DNA of 32,000 nucleotides. It comes from Acidothermus cellulolyticus 11B. GTDB lineage: Bacteria; Actinomycetota; Actinomycetes; Acidothermales; Acidothermaceae. Location: NCBI RefSeq assembly GCF_000015025.1, contig NC_008578.1:150001-182000 (forward strand), written 5' to 3'. Positions 17,683-26,022 of the stretch are shown here, piece by piece. A program made the translations under genes and the position numbers. Under the pieces are notes generated by a model, which saw only the letters and a program-made list of their open reading frames with translations, had not been told where the DNA came from and made no database searches. Position 1 is the first letter of the stretch, and each line of letters opens with the position of its first letter.

Positions 17683-18126
17683 ATGGCGGTGCTTGTTGAC
17701 CCGATCCGCATTCTCGACGTCCTCGCCCGAGACGTCAGGAATCTTGTTGGCGACGGTCGGGCCGAGTGGTGGATGCCGATCGACCTGTACCGCGAAGGTG
17801 ATCACTACGTCGTCGGCGTCGACCTTCCGGGCGTTGATCCCGGTTCGATCGATGTCCGGGTCAGCGCCGACACCCTCAGCATCCAAGCCGAGCGCCACGC
17901 GCCGTCCACTGATGGTGGAGCGTGGCTGATCGGCGAGCGACCGTACGGACGGTTCCGCCGGCAGATCACCCTTCCGGACGGCGTGGACGCCGACCGCGTC
18001 TCCGCCGGCTACCACGACGGCGTCCTCACAGTCCGGCTCCCGCTGACGGACGCCGCGAAGCCTCGGCGCATCGCGGTCCGCGAGGCCGAGGAGCGCCACG
18101 CGCTGGACGTTGCGGAGGCAGCGTGA
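17683..18126 (+). CDS. Hsp20/alpha-crystallin small heat-shock protein
   Basis: Alpha-crystallin core (DLYREGDHYVVGVDLPGVDP..IDV...L.I.AER...GRF.R...LP..VD...V.A.Y.DGVL.V.LP). The ATG at 17683 is 14 nt after the ftsH stop, with GAAGGGGG upstream. Confidence 0.85.
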   Translation: MAVLVDPIRILDVLARDVRNLVGDGRAEWWMPIDLYREGDHYVVGVDLPGVDPGSIDVRVSADTLSIQAERHAPSTDGGAWLIGERPYGRFRRQITLPDGVDADRVSAGYHDGVLTVRLPLTDAAKPRRIAVREAEERHALDVAEAA

Positions 18127-18230
18127 GCGCCTAACTGGCGATCGCTCCAGCGCGGTCCGCCTCGGGAATTGGCGGGAGGACGGCGGGAACCCGCGGAGTT
18201 GCGGACAGTTGCAGGCGCATCGGTTTGTGC

Positions 18231-18259
18231 AACGGGCGGAGGACCGCCCGTTTTCCTTA
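18231..18259 (+). terminator. Rho-independent terminator candidate downstream of hsp20
   Basis: AACGGGCGG (18231-18239), loop AGGA, CCGCCCGTT (18244-18252), followed by TTCCTTA. Confidence 0.6.
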
Positions 18260-18339
18260 TGGCCGAGTTGTGGCCGAGATGGCCGAGTTGTGGCCGAGCG
18301 GCTCAGCCGGCTGGTCGAGATGGTCGCGTTATGGTCGAG
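18259..18339. repeat. Perfect 20-bp tandem x2, forming part of a seven-copy octamer array TGG(C/T)CG(A/C)G
   Basis: ATGGCCGAGTTGTGGCCGAG at 18259-18278 and 18279-18298. Octamers start at 18260, 18271, 18280, 18291, 18312, 18321 and 18332. GCTCAGCCGGCTG occurs at 18301 and 18342. Confidence 0.9.
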
Positions 18340-18343
18340 CTGC

Positions 18344-18652
18344 TCAGCCGGCTGCGGCCTTCGCCGTGCCCGCCGGCGCGGCGGCGGATTCGGTGGACCC
18401 GCCTGACGTGCCTGCCGAACCGGATGAGCTCTTATCGGCAGCCTCTCTGGACTCGGATTTCGCTCCGTTCGCTGCAGCGCGGCTGTCGGTGCGGTAAAAA
18501 CCGGAACCCTTGAAGACGACACCGACCGACGAGAAGACCTTGCGGAGCCGGCCCTGGCATGTCGGACACTCAGTCAGCGGTTCGTCGGTGAATTTCTGCA
18601 CGACCTCGAGGCGCTCTCCACAGCTCGTACACACGTACTGGTAGGTGGGCAC
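18344..18652 (-). CDS. FmdB-family zinc-ribbon protein
   Basis: MPTYQYVCTSCGERLEVVQKFTD..LTECPTCQGRLRKVFSSVGVVFKGSGFYRTDSR, then a Ser/Ala-rich tail. AAGGAGG lies 6 nt upstream of the GTG start. Confidence 0.85.
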   Translation of the reverse strand: MPTYQYVCTSCGERLEVVQKFTDEPLTECPTCQGRLRKVFSSVGVVFKGSGFYRTDSRAAANGAKSESREAADKSSSGSAGTSGGSTESAAAPAGTAKAAAG

Positions 18653-18748
18653 GATCGCCTCCTTAGCACTCGGTAGCTTCGATTGCTAATGATGCGACAT
18701 CCCCGTGGTCACCGTCCACCCGGCTGCGGCCCGTTCCGTTCCGCCCGA

Positions 18749-19126
18749 TCAGGACCCCTCCCGGAAGCCCCCGAGGAATCGGCGAAACACCCCGCCTTCC
18801 CGGCGGAGCGGCGGAGCCGCCGGCGGCGCGGACCGGCGTGGGCGGGCGATCGGCGTGTCGTAATCGGTCCGCGCAATGGCATCGACGACCTGGTCGTCGT
18901 CGAAATCCGCAGATCCAGGAATGACGGGGACGAAGCCGACGAGTACGCCGTCCCGCATGACCTCGGCCTCGAGGTCGGCTGTGCCATCGGTGTCCCACAC
19001 GGCTTCCCGCCCGTCCGGCAGCGCGATACGGACACCAAATCGGTAGAGGTCCGCGCGTGCCAGATGAGCGTCGATGCCTCGATCTCTCAATTTGTCGACA
19101 ATACGAAGAGCGCGATTCTCGTCCAC
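18749..19126 (-). CDS. Hypothetical protein (125 aa)
   Basis: Coding-like third-position GC, sitting between the antiporter and fmdB on the same strand. No family recognised and no clear RBS. Confidence 0.5.
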   Translation of the reverse strand: MDENRALRIVDKLRDRGIDAHLARADLYRFGVRIALPDGREAVWDTDGTADLEAEVMRDGVLVGFVPVIPGSADFDDDQVVDAIARTDYDTPIARPRRSAPPAAPPLRREGGVFRRFLGGFREGS

Positions 19127-19215
19127 CGCTCAAGATTAGCTGCCGTACGCCGCGTGGGTCGGGTCCGAACGCGTCCGCGCAAGACCGCTGAGGATCAAGC
19201 GACACGCCGTAAGCG

Positions 19216-20790
19216 TCAGGTGCCGCGATCGCCGTACCAGGCGGCCAGTTTCCCTCGGCGACTCACAGCTCGCAGCCGCCGCTCGGTCTCCGCGCGGGCG
19301 CGGGCCGTCGTGACAATAAGCAGGGAGTCGCCGCGTCGCAGCTGCGTCTCCGGGGTTGGCACGAAACTCTGGCCGTCACGGACGACGAGCGTGACGGCGG
19401 CGCCGCGTGGCAGCCGCAATTCGAAGACCTCGACGCCGTGCAGCCGTGAACCTTCCGGGATGCGCAGCTGCAGGACGTCGGCGTCCATCTCTTCCAGTGG
19501 GGCGGCTTCGACGTCCAAGTCCGTCGGTTCGGACGGCGCTACGACCCGGAGCAGCCGGGCTGCCGCGGGAAGCGTTGGTCCTTGCACGATCGTGTAAATC
19601 ACAACGAGAACAAAGACCAGCGCGAGGATACGGTCGCTGGCCGGAACGCGTTGGGTGACGGGAATCGTGGCGAGCACGATCGGTACCGCGCCTCTCAGCC
19701 CTGCCCACGAGACGAAGGCCTGCTCACGCAGGTCGAGGAGGTCGATGGGAACCGTGCGCCGGCGCGGCTTATCAGCAAATCGAGGCTGGGTGTTGCTACG
19801 CCTGAGCGGAAGTGTGCGCCAGACGGCAGCTATGACGCGGAGCGTTCCGATCGATGCGACAACCGACGCCGGTCGGGCGAGCAGCAGCAGAGCGGCACCG
19901 ATGATGAGGGCCGGCACGATTTCGCGGGGCAGGCCGCTTGGGGTGACGAGGAGTCCCAGGATGACGAAGACGGTGATCTGCGCCAGCCAGGCGACGCCTT
20001 CGGCGAAGCCCCGGGTCGCCGGCCGGTGCGGAAGCCGTGCATTGCCGAGGACGAGAGCGCCGACGTAAATCGCGAGGAAGCCGCTCGCCTGTGCGAGGGT
20101 CGCCAGCGCATAGCACGCCACGGCCGTGGCCAGGACCGCCAGCGGGTAAAGACCGGATGCCGGAAGCGCCAATCGGCGCAGCTGGAGGGCGGTCAGTCGC
20201 GCGATGAGCAATCCGATGCCCGCGCCGACGACGAGTTCGTAGCCGATGAGCCCGACGAGGGCCAGGGGGGCACGATCGGTGGACTCCGACAGGAGGGTCA
20301 CGAGAAGGACTGCGGGGGCGTCGTTGAGTCCTGATTCGACCTCCAGCACACCGGCCAGTCGCCGGGGCAACCGGACCCGGCGCAACAGCGAGAACACGGC
20401 CGCTGCATCGGTCGGCGCGAGGATTGCCCCGACCAGCAGGTCGAGGCGCCATGAACCGCCGAAGACGACGTGAACGGCAGCCGCCGTGCCCGCCGTGCTG
20501 ACGAGCACCCCGACGGTTGCGAGCGCGAGCCCCGCCGGCACGTACTGGCGGACGTCGTCCCAGCGCGTGGTGAGGCCACCTTCGGCGAGGATCAGGGCCA
20601 GCGCGGTAAGGCCGACGTTACGGGCGAGTTGAGCGTCGTCGAACCGGATGAGGGCCTGCAGGGCCAGGCCGATCGCGAGGTATGCGAGGAGCGCCGGGAT
20701 GCCTACCCGGCTGGTGAACCGTACGGCGAGGATCGCGGTCAGCAGGACAACGGCACCGACGAGCAGCCCGAGTTCGATGGAGTGCGTCAC
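19216..20790 (-). CDS. CPA1-family potassium/proton antiporter with C-terminal TrkA-C domain (NhaP2/CvrA-like)
   Basis: About 11-13 hydrophobic helices, a LNDAPAV-type box (ESGLNDAPAVLLV) and a C-terminal soluble RCK_C-like domain (RIPEGSRLHGVEVFELRLPRGAAVTLVVRDG). The GTG start overlaps the upstream stop (GTGA at 20787-20790). Confidence 0.85.
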   Translation of the reverse strand: MTHSIELGLLVGAVVLLTAILAVRFTSRVGIPALLAYLAIGLALQALIRFDDAQLARNVGLTALALILAEGGLTTRWDDVRQYVPAGLALATVGVLVSTAGTAAAVHVVFGGSWRLDLLVGAILAPTDAAAVFSLLRRVRLPRRLAGVLEVESGLNDAPAVLLVTLLSESTDRAPLALVGLIGYELVVGAGIGLLIARLTALQLRRLALPASGLYPLAVLATAVACYALATLAQASGFLAIYVGALVLGNARLPHRPATRGFAEGVAWLAQITVFVILGLLVTPSGLPREIVPALIIGAALLLLARPASVVASIGTLRVIAAVWRTLPLRRSNTQPRFADKPRRRTVPIDLLDLREQAFVSWAGLRGAVPIVLATIPVTQRVPASDRILALVFVLVVIYTIVQGPTLPAAARLLRVVAPSEPTDLDVEAAPLEEMDADVLQLRIPEGSRLHGVEVFELRLPRGAAVTLVVRDGQSFVPTPETQLRRGDSLLIVTTARARAETERRLRAVSRRGKLAAWYGDRGT

Positions 20791-21395
20791 GGGCTGCTCC
20801 CGGCACGGAACCGGTGGGCGCGTGACGGGGTGAGAGCGGCGTCCACCCGTTGATCATGGTCAGCCTCGGGTAACGACGGCACGAGCTCGTCGTCATAAAT
20901 CACGGCGACCGTGAGGCTGCCGGGGCTTCGGCGCCGAAGCGCCCGGTCATAACCGCCGCCGCCTCGGCCGAGCCGCACACCAGTGGGGTCCACCGCGAGC
21001 GCCGGGACGACGATCAGGTCTGCCGTCGAGACGGCTTCGACGCCGAGCGCGCGGGGCTGGGTTGGGATGAGCGTGCCGCGGAGCCCCGGCTCGGTCGGAT
21101 CGGCCGGATGGTAGGGCGTCCAGTCGAGATCACCGTCGTCGCGAAGGATCGGCACGATGAGCCGGCAACCGCGGTCGGCCAGGACGGCGATGAGCTGGTC
21201 AGTCGGCGGCTCGGTTCCGATCGCAAGGTAGACAGCGGCGACCGCAGGTGACCAATCGCCCAGCAGGTCGGCGGCGGCCGCGGCAATCCGTCGTCCGGCC
21301 TCGCGTCGCGCAGCGGGCGTGCGCTGGGCGCGGGCGGCGAGGAGCGTGCGGCGCAGTCCAGCTTTTGCTGCGGCGATGGCGTCGGGTGTCGTCAT
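20787..21395 (-). CDS. 5-formyltetrahydrofolate cyclo-ligase
   Basis: About 200 aa with K..LR N-terminus, a central ...P...DGDLDW segment and a C-terminal RLGRGGGGYDR motif typical of the family. Confidence 0.85.
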   Translation of the reverse strand: MTTPDAIAAAKAGLRRTLLAARAQRTPAARREAGRRIAAAAADLLGDWSPAVAAVYLAIGTEPPTDQLIAVLADRGCRLIVPILRDDGDLDWTPYHPADPTEPGLRGTLIPTQPRALGVEAVSTADLIVVPALAVDPTGVRLGRGGGGYDRALRRRSPGSLTVAVIYDDELVPSLPEADHDQRVDAALTPSRAHRFRAGSSP

Positions 21396-21602
21396 TGCTC
21401 TCCGTGGATCCGCTCGCTGAAGATGATCCGGAGCCTGGCGGCGATGAGAGAACAGCGCATCAGCGGAGAGCCGCTTACCGGCGGCCGCGCATCAGCTGGT
21501 TGTCGCATTCGGGGCGGTTTCGCCCAAGTAGCGGCTTCGCGCCCACGCTGCCGACATGACACCATCTCAAGAGTGATCCGGCGTACGGAGAGGTGACGCG
21601 CT

Positions 21603-23735
21603 ATGACGTCGGACATCGGCGCGCGACGGCCGCTGCCGGCGTCCGGCGCGGATCGGCACCGCACCCGGATCGGACTGCGGGCCAGGCTGTCGATGGCCTT
21701 TGTCTTCGTCGTGCTCATCCCCGTGCTCGTTGGGTGTCTCCTCGTCGCCGTCATCGTGCCGGATGTTCTTCGCGGTCAGGTGAGCGGAAGATTACGCGCG
21801 GATCGCACCGACGTGTCGGATCTCCTCGCCGCCCAGTGCGGGCACGCAATGCTCGACGCACGCGCCCTAGGTCTGCGGCTGGTGGGAACGACACCCCAGC
21901 AGGCGGTTCGCGCCAGCCTCGCCGAGTCGCGCGCCGACTACGCGGCGGTGGTGGATGCCTCCGGTGCTGCGGTTGCTGAGGCCGGGCGGCGTCCAGCGGG
22001 TGTGACGGATCTGTCCGTGCTGGACGGCTGCGGCAGCGGCCGTGGCGCCGAGGTCGCCATCGCCGGCCGGGTCGAGCTGGCTGTCGGCAATCACCCCGAT
22101 TGGCGGTACGCCGTGGTGGCCTGGCTGATCAGCCCCCAGACCGCGGCTGACCTCCAAGCGCATCTTGCTGATCAGCCGGCGGTCACCCTCGCCGTGGGTT
22201 CGGAGATTGTCTCGTCGACGCTTCCGTTGCCGGTTGCCCGGGCCCAGCTGGCCGCCATCCGGCCCGGCGCCGATGTGACCCAGGTGGGGTCACGGATCGT
22301 CGCAGTCCACGACGCCGCGGCCGGCGAACCATATCGCATCCTGGTGAGCCGACCCGTGCCGGAATTGGGTGGCCTGCCGTGGATTTTCCTCGGCATCATC
22401 GGGTTCGCGACTGCCGGGGCGATCGCGATCGGCCGGTTCTTGGCCCGGCTCATCAGCCAACCGGTCGCCGAGCTGTCGGAGGCGGCAAGCCGGGTGGCCG
22501 GCGGCGATCTGGACATCACGCTGCCGGTCCGATCGCGCGACGAGGTCGGCCGGTTGGCGGCGGCCTTCAACCACATGACCGCCGAATTGCGCAGGTACAT
22601 CGGTCAGCTCGAGCGCAGCCATGCCGAATTGCGGGAGAACCTGGAACGATTGGGCGCTGCATTGGCGCAAACGCATAACTTGCCGGGAATTCTTGCGGTC
22701 ATTGTCGATACCGCAATGGCCAGCGTCCGTGCATCGGCGGGGCTGGTGGCGCTCTTCGAATCCGACGGTGTGCTGCACGTCAAGGTGAGCCGAGGTTTGC
22801 CGGAGCTGGCCCCGGACGCGGTCGTGCCGCTTGGTGCAGGGATCATCGGCCGGGTTGCCGAACGAGGTACGCCGGTCCACGGTGTCGTCGGAGACGGGCC
22901 CGGGCTCCGGCCGATCCCGGAGGAACCGCGGCGGCGCACCGTTCTCGCCGTGCCGTTGCGACAAGCCGGGCGCATCAGCGGCGTCCTCGCGGTGTACGAC
23001 CAGGAGGAGACCGGCGACGGCGGCGCCGCGTTCACCGAGAACGACGTGCGCACGCTCGGTACCTTCGCGGGCCAGGCCAGTGTCGCGATTGAGAACGTGC
23101 TCCTCCATCAGGAAGCCGAGCGGCTCTCGCTCACGGACGCGCTGACGGGACTATGGAATTACCGGTACTTGACCATGACTCTTGGTCATGAGATCGAGCG
23201 GGCGACCCGGTTCCGCCGTCCGTTGGCGCTGTTGATGATTGATCTGGACCGGTTCAAGGACATCAACGATCGGCATGGTCACCAGGCCGGGGACGCGGTG
23301 CTCGTCGAGCTTGCCCGGCGGTTGCACACGACCGTCCGGGAGGTGGACACGGTCGCCCGTTACGGCGGCGAGGAATTCGTCGTCATTCTTCCCGAGACGG
23401 ATGCGGACGGCGCGGCGCACACCGCGGAGCGGCTCCGGCAAGCGGTTCGCGGCACCCCGTTTCACGTCGAGCAGATGGACATTCCGGTGACGGCGTCGAT
23501 CGGCATTGCGGTCTTTCCCCGGCACGGCAGTTCGGCCGCGATCCTGCTGCGGGCCGCCGACGAGGCGCTGTACGTCGCGAAGCATTCCGGTCGCGATGCC
23601 TGGCGGTTCGCTCGAGCGGGTGGCGAGACGCCAGCCGGGTTGTCGACGCCGAGGATCGTCGTGGTTCCGGAGGCCGGCGAGCCCGCGAGTGTTCCGGAGG
23701 CCGGCGAGCCCGGACAGCCCGAAGCGCCGGCGTAG
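21603..23735 (+). CDS. Membrane sensor diguanylate cyclase (extracytoplasmic sensor - HAMP - GAF - GGDEF)
   Basis: TM1 (FVFVVLIPVLVGCLLVAVIV), a ~240-aa outside domain, TM2, HAMP (ELSEAASRVAGGDLDITLP..DEVGRLAAAFNHM), a GAF-like segment and a GGDEF domain with active site RYGGEEF. An I-site-like REVD lies 5 residues upstream of the active site. Confidence 0.9.
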   Translation: MTSDIGARRPLPASGADRHRTRIGLRARLSMAFVFVVLIPVLVGCLLVAVIVPDVLRGQVSGRLRADRTDVSDLLAAQCGHAMLDARALGLRLVGTTPQQAVRASLAESRADYAAVVDASGAAVAEAGRRPAGVTDLSVLDGCGSGRGAEVAIAGRVELAVGNHPDWRYAVVAWLISPQTAADLQAHLADQPAVTLAVGSEIVSSTLPLPVARAQLAAIRPGADVTQVGSRIVAVHDAAAGEPYRILVSRPVPELGGLPWIFLGIIGFATAGAIAIGRFLARLISQPVAELSEAASRVAGGDLDITLPVRSRDEVGRLAAAFNHMTAELRRYIGQLERSHAELRENLERLGAALAQTHNLPGILAVIVDTAMASVRASAGLVALFESDGVLHVKVSRGLPELAPDAVVPLGAGIIGRVAERGTPVHGVVGDGPGLRPIPEEPRRRTVLAVPLRQAGRISGVLAVYDQEETGDGGAAFTENDVRTLGTFAGQASVAIENVLLHQEAERLSLTDALTGLWNYRYLTMTLGHEIERATRFRRPLALLMIDLDRFKDINDRHGHQAGDAVLVELARRLHTTVREVDTVARYGGEEFVVILPETDADGAAHTAERLRQAVRGTPFHVEQMDIPVTASIGIAVFPRHGSSAAILLRAADEALYVAKHSGRDAWRFARAGGETPAGLSTPRIVVVPEAGEPASVPEAGEPGQPEAPA

Positions 23736-23824
23736 CCGTCTGGGCCGGGCGCGGCGGCGTTAGACCGGCTGGACTGGGCGCGGCGGCGTAGGACCGACTC
23801 GGCCCGAGGCGCCGGCGTAGGAAC
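23724..23824. repeat. Four imperfect direct copies of the DGC 3' end plus its stop-codon context
   Basis: GCGCCGGCGTAG (23724-23735, the real stop), GGCGCGGCGGCGTTAGACC (23748-23766), GGCGCGGCGGCGTAGGACC (23777-23795) and GGCGCCGGCGTAGGAAC (23808-23824). Confidence 0.85.
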
Positions 23825-23872
23825 GGCGGCGCACCACGCTTCGCGCCGTCCGGCTCGACTAGGGTTCGTTGC

Positions 23873-24781
23873 ATGGCGACGAGCGTTCGACGAGTTCGCA
23901 AAGCGGTGATTCCGGCTGCCGGGCTGGGCACGCGCTTTCTCCCCGCGACCAAGGCGACCCCGAAGGAGATGCTGCCGGTCGTCGACAAACCGGCGATCCA
24001 GTACGTCGTCGAGGAGGCGGTCGCGGCCGGACTCGACGACATCCTGATGATCACCGGTCGGAACAAGCGCCCGCTGGAAGACCACTTCGACCGCAACTAC
24101 GAACTCGAATCGGCGCTGGCCGCCAAGGGTGACGACCGCAAGCTCGCCCTCGTTGAAGAGTCGACGCGGCTGGCCACCATCCACTACGTCCGGCAGGGGG
24201 AACCGCGCGGGTTGGGGCACGCCGTCTCGTGCGCCGCCATGCACGTCGGCGAGGAGCCGTTCGCCGTCCTGCTCGGCGACGACATCATCGACGGCCGCGA
24301 CCCGCTGTTGCCTCGCATGATTGACGTCTTGCAACGGCGCGGCGGCACCGTCATCGCGCTGATGGAAGTCGATCCCGACCACATTCACCTCTACGGATGC
24401 GCGGCGGTGGAGCCGACCGATGAACCGGACGTCGTCCGGGTGACGGATCTGGTGGAGAAGCCGCGGGAACGGGCGCCGAGCAATCTCGCCCTCATCGGGC
24501 GGTACGTCATTGCCCCGGAGATATTCGACGTTCTGGCGAAAACCGAACCGGGGGCCGGCGGCGAAATTCAGCTCACCGACGCGCTCCGGGTTCTCGCCGG
24601 CCGAGACGGCGACGGCGGGCCCGTGCACGGTGTCCTCTTCCGCGGCCGGCGTTACGACACCGGGGACCGGTTGGAATATCTGCGTGCGGTGATTCAGCTT
24701 GCTGTTGAGCGCGAGGACCTTGGGCCGCCGCTTCTTTCGTGGCTGCGAGAATTCGTGGACGCCCGACGAGACGACCGATGA
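23873..24781 (+). CDS. galU: UTP--glucose-1-phosphate uridylyltransferase
   Basis: KAVIPAAGLGTRFLPATKATPKEMLPVVDKPAIQYVVEEA and VEKP boxes. Confidence 0.9.
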   Translation: MATSVRRVRKAVIPAAGLGTRFLPATKATPKEMLPVVDKPAIQYVVEEAVAAGLDDILMITGRNKRPLEDHFDRNYELESALAAKGDDRKLALVEESTRLATIHYVRQGEPRGLGHAVSCAAMHVGEEPFAVLLGDDIIDGRDPLLPRMIDVLQRRGGTVIALMEVDPDHIHLYGCAAVEPTDEPDVVRVTDLVEKPRERAPSNLALIGRYVIAPEIFDVLAKTEPGAGGEIQLTDALRVLAGRDGDGGPVHGVLFRGRRYDTGDRLEYLRAVIQLAVEREDLGPPLLSWLREFVDARRDDR

Positions 24782-26022
24782 CAGCTGTCAGTCCCGAGCT
24801 GCGCAGTGTCGACGACCACCTGCGACGGATCCTCACGTCGATCGGTCCGCTGGCGGATATTGAAGTCAACCTTCTCGACGCGCACGGCTGTGTGCTGGCC
24901 GAGGACGTCGTCGCCGAGCAGCCGCTGCCTCGGTTCGACAATTCCGCGATGGACGGGTACGCCGTCCGGGTCGCCGATGTTGCGACGGCATCGGCGGACC
25001 ATCCGGTGGAACTTCCGGTCATCGGTGACATCGCCGCAGGCACCGGCGGCCGTTACGTCATCAATCCCGGCCTGTGTGCCCGCATCATGACCGGCGCGCC
25101 GGTGCCTCCGGGCGCGGAAGCGGTCGTGCCGGTGGAGTGGACGGACGGCGGCATCGCACGGGTGCGGATTCACCGGCCGGCGTCTCCCGGTCTGCATATC
25201 CGCCGGGCGGGTGAGGATGTCCGTGCCGGGGATACCGTGCTGCGCGCTGGGACGACGCTCGGTGCCGCGCAGTTGGGATTGCTCGCCGCTATCGGCCGGG
25301 CCCGGGTGCGGGTGCGGCCGAAGCCGCGGGTGGTGGTTTTCTCGACGGGCAATGAATTGGTGGACGCCGCGGCGGTGCCCGGGCCAGCGCAGATCTATGA
25401 GTCGAACAGCTACGCCCTGACCGCGGCCGCCCGCGAGAGTGGCGCGATGGCGTTTCGGGTGGGCATCGTGCCGGACGATCCGGTCCGGTTGCTCTCGCTC
25501 ATCGAGGAGCAACTCGTCCGCGCGGATCTCGTCATCACCAGCGGCGGGGTGAGCGCCGGCGCATATGACGTTGTGAAAGAGGTCCTCTCCCGGCTCGGCA
25601 CGGTCGAATTCGTCCGGGTCGCGATGCAACCGGGGATGCCGCAGGGTTTCGGCCACGTCGGGCCGGACAAGACCCCGATTTTCACTCTTCCCGGCAATCC
25701 GGTCAGTGCGTTCGTCTCGTTCGAGGTCTTCGTCCGGCCGGCGATTCAGCGGATGCTCGGCCGGGAGCGGTTGTACCGGCCGCTCGTGCGGGCCACCCTG
25801 CTGGAGCCGGTGCGCAAGACCGCGGGCAAGCGGAGTTATGTCCGTGCCCGGTTGGACGTGCGCGACGGGACGTACGTTGTCGCTCCGGTCGGGGGGATGG
25901 GGTCGCATCTGGTCGCGGCCCTTGCCCAGTCCAATGCGCTGATTGTGCTGCCCGAGCATGCGTCGGAGGTCCCGGCGGGAGTCACGGTATCGGTGATGGT
26001 TCTCGAACGGCGGCAACCATGA
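24778..26022 (+). CDS. moeA: Molybdopterin molybdotransferase MoeA (position matches the actinobacterial glp/moeA1 locus)
   Basis: PRFDNSAMDGYAVR, RIMTGAPVP, ITSGGVSAG..D and LPGNPVSA boxes. ATG at 24778 overlaps the galU stop (ATGA). The ORF-track start at 24739 is unlikely. Confidence 0.9.
   Translation: MTAVSPELRSVDDHLRRILTSIGPLADIEVNLLDAHGCVLAEDVVAEQPLPRFDNSAMDGYAVRVADVATASADHPVELPVIGDIAAGTGGRYVINPGLCARIMTGAPVPPGAEAVVPVEWTDGGIARVRIHRPASPGLHIRRAGEDVRAGDTVLRAGTTLGAAQLGLLAAIGRARVRVRPKPRVVVFSTGNELVDAAAVPGPAQIYESNSYALTAAARESGAMAFRVGIVPDDPVRLLSLIEEQLVRADLVITSGGVSAGAYDVVKEVLSRLGTVEFVRVAMQPGMPQGFGHVGPDKTPIFTLPGNPVSAFVSFEVFVRPAIQRMLGRERLYRPLVRATLLEPVRKTAGKRSYVRARLDVRDGTYVVAPVGGMGSHLVAALAQSNALIVLPEHASEVPAGVTVSVMVLERRQP

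Noticed and set aside
18259-18298. Possible CRISPR array, considered for this and the other tandem repeats (10108-10139, 10900-10939, 28092-28145)
   Set aside because: The units are directly abutting, with no unique spacers and only two perfect copies. They are 16-27 bp long without the repeat-spacer periodicity, and no cas genes are in the window.
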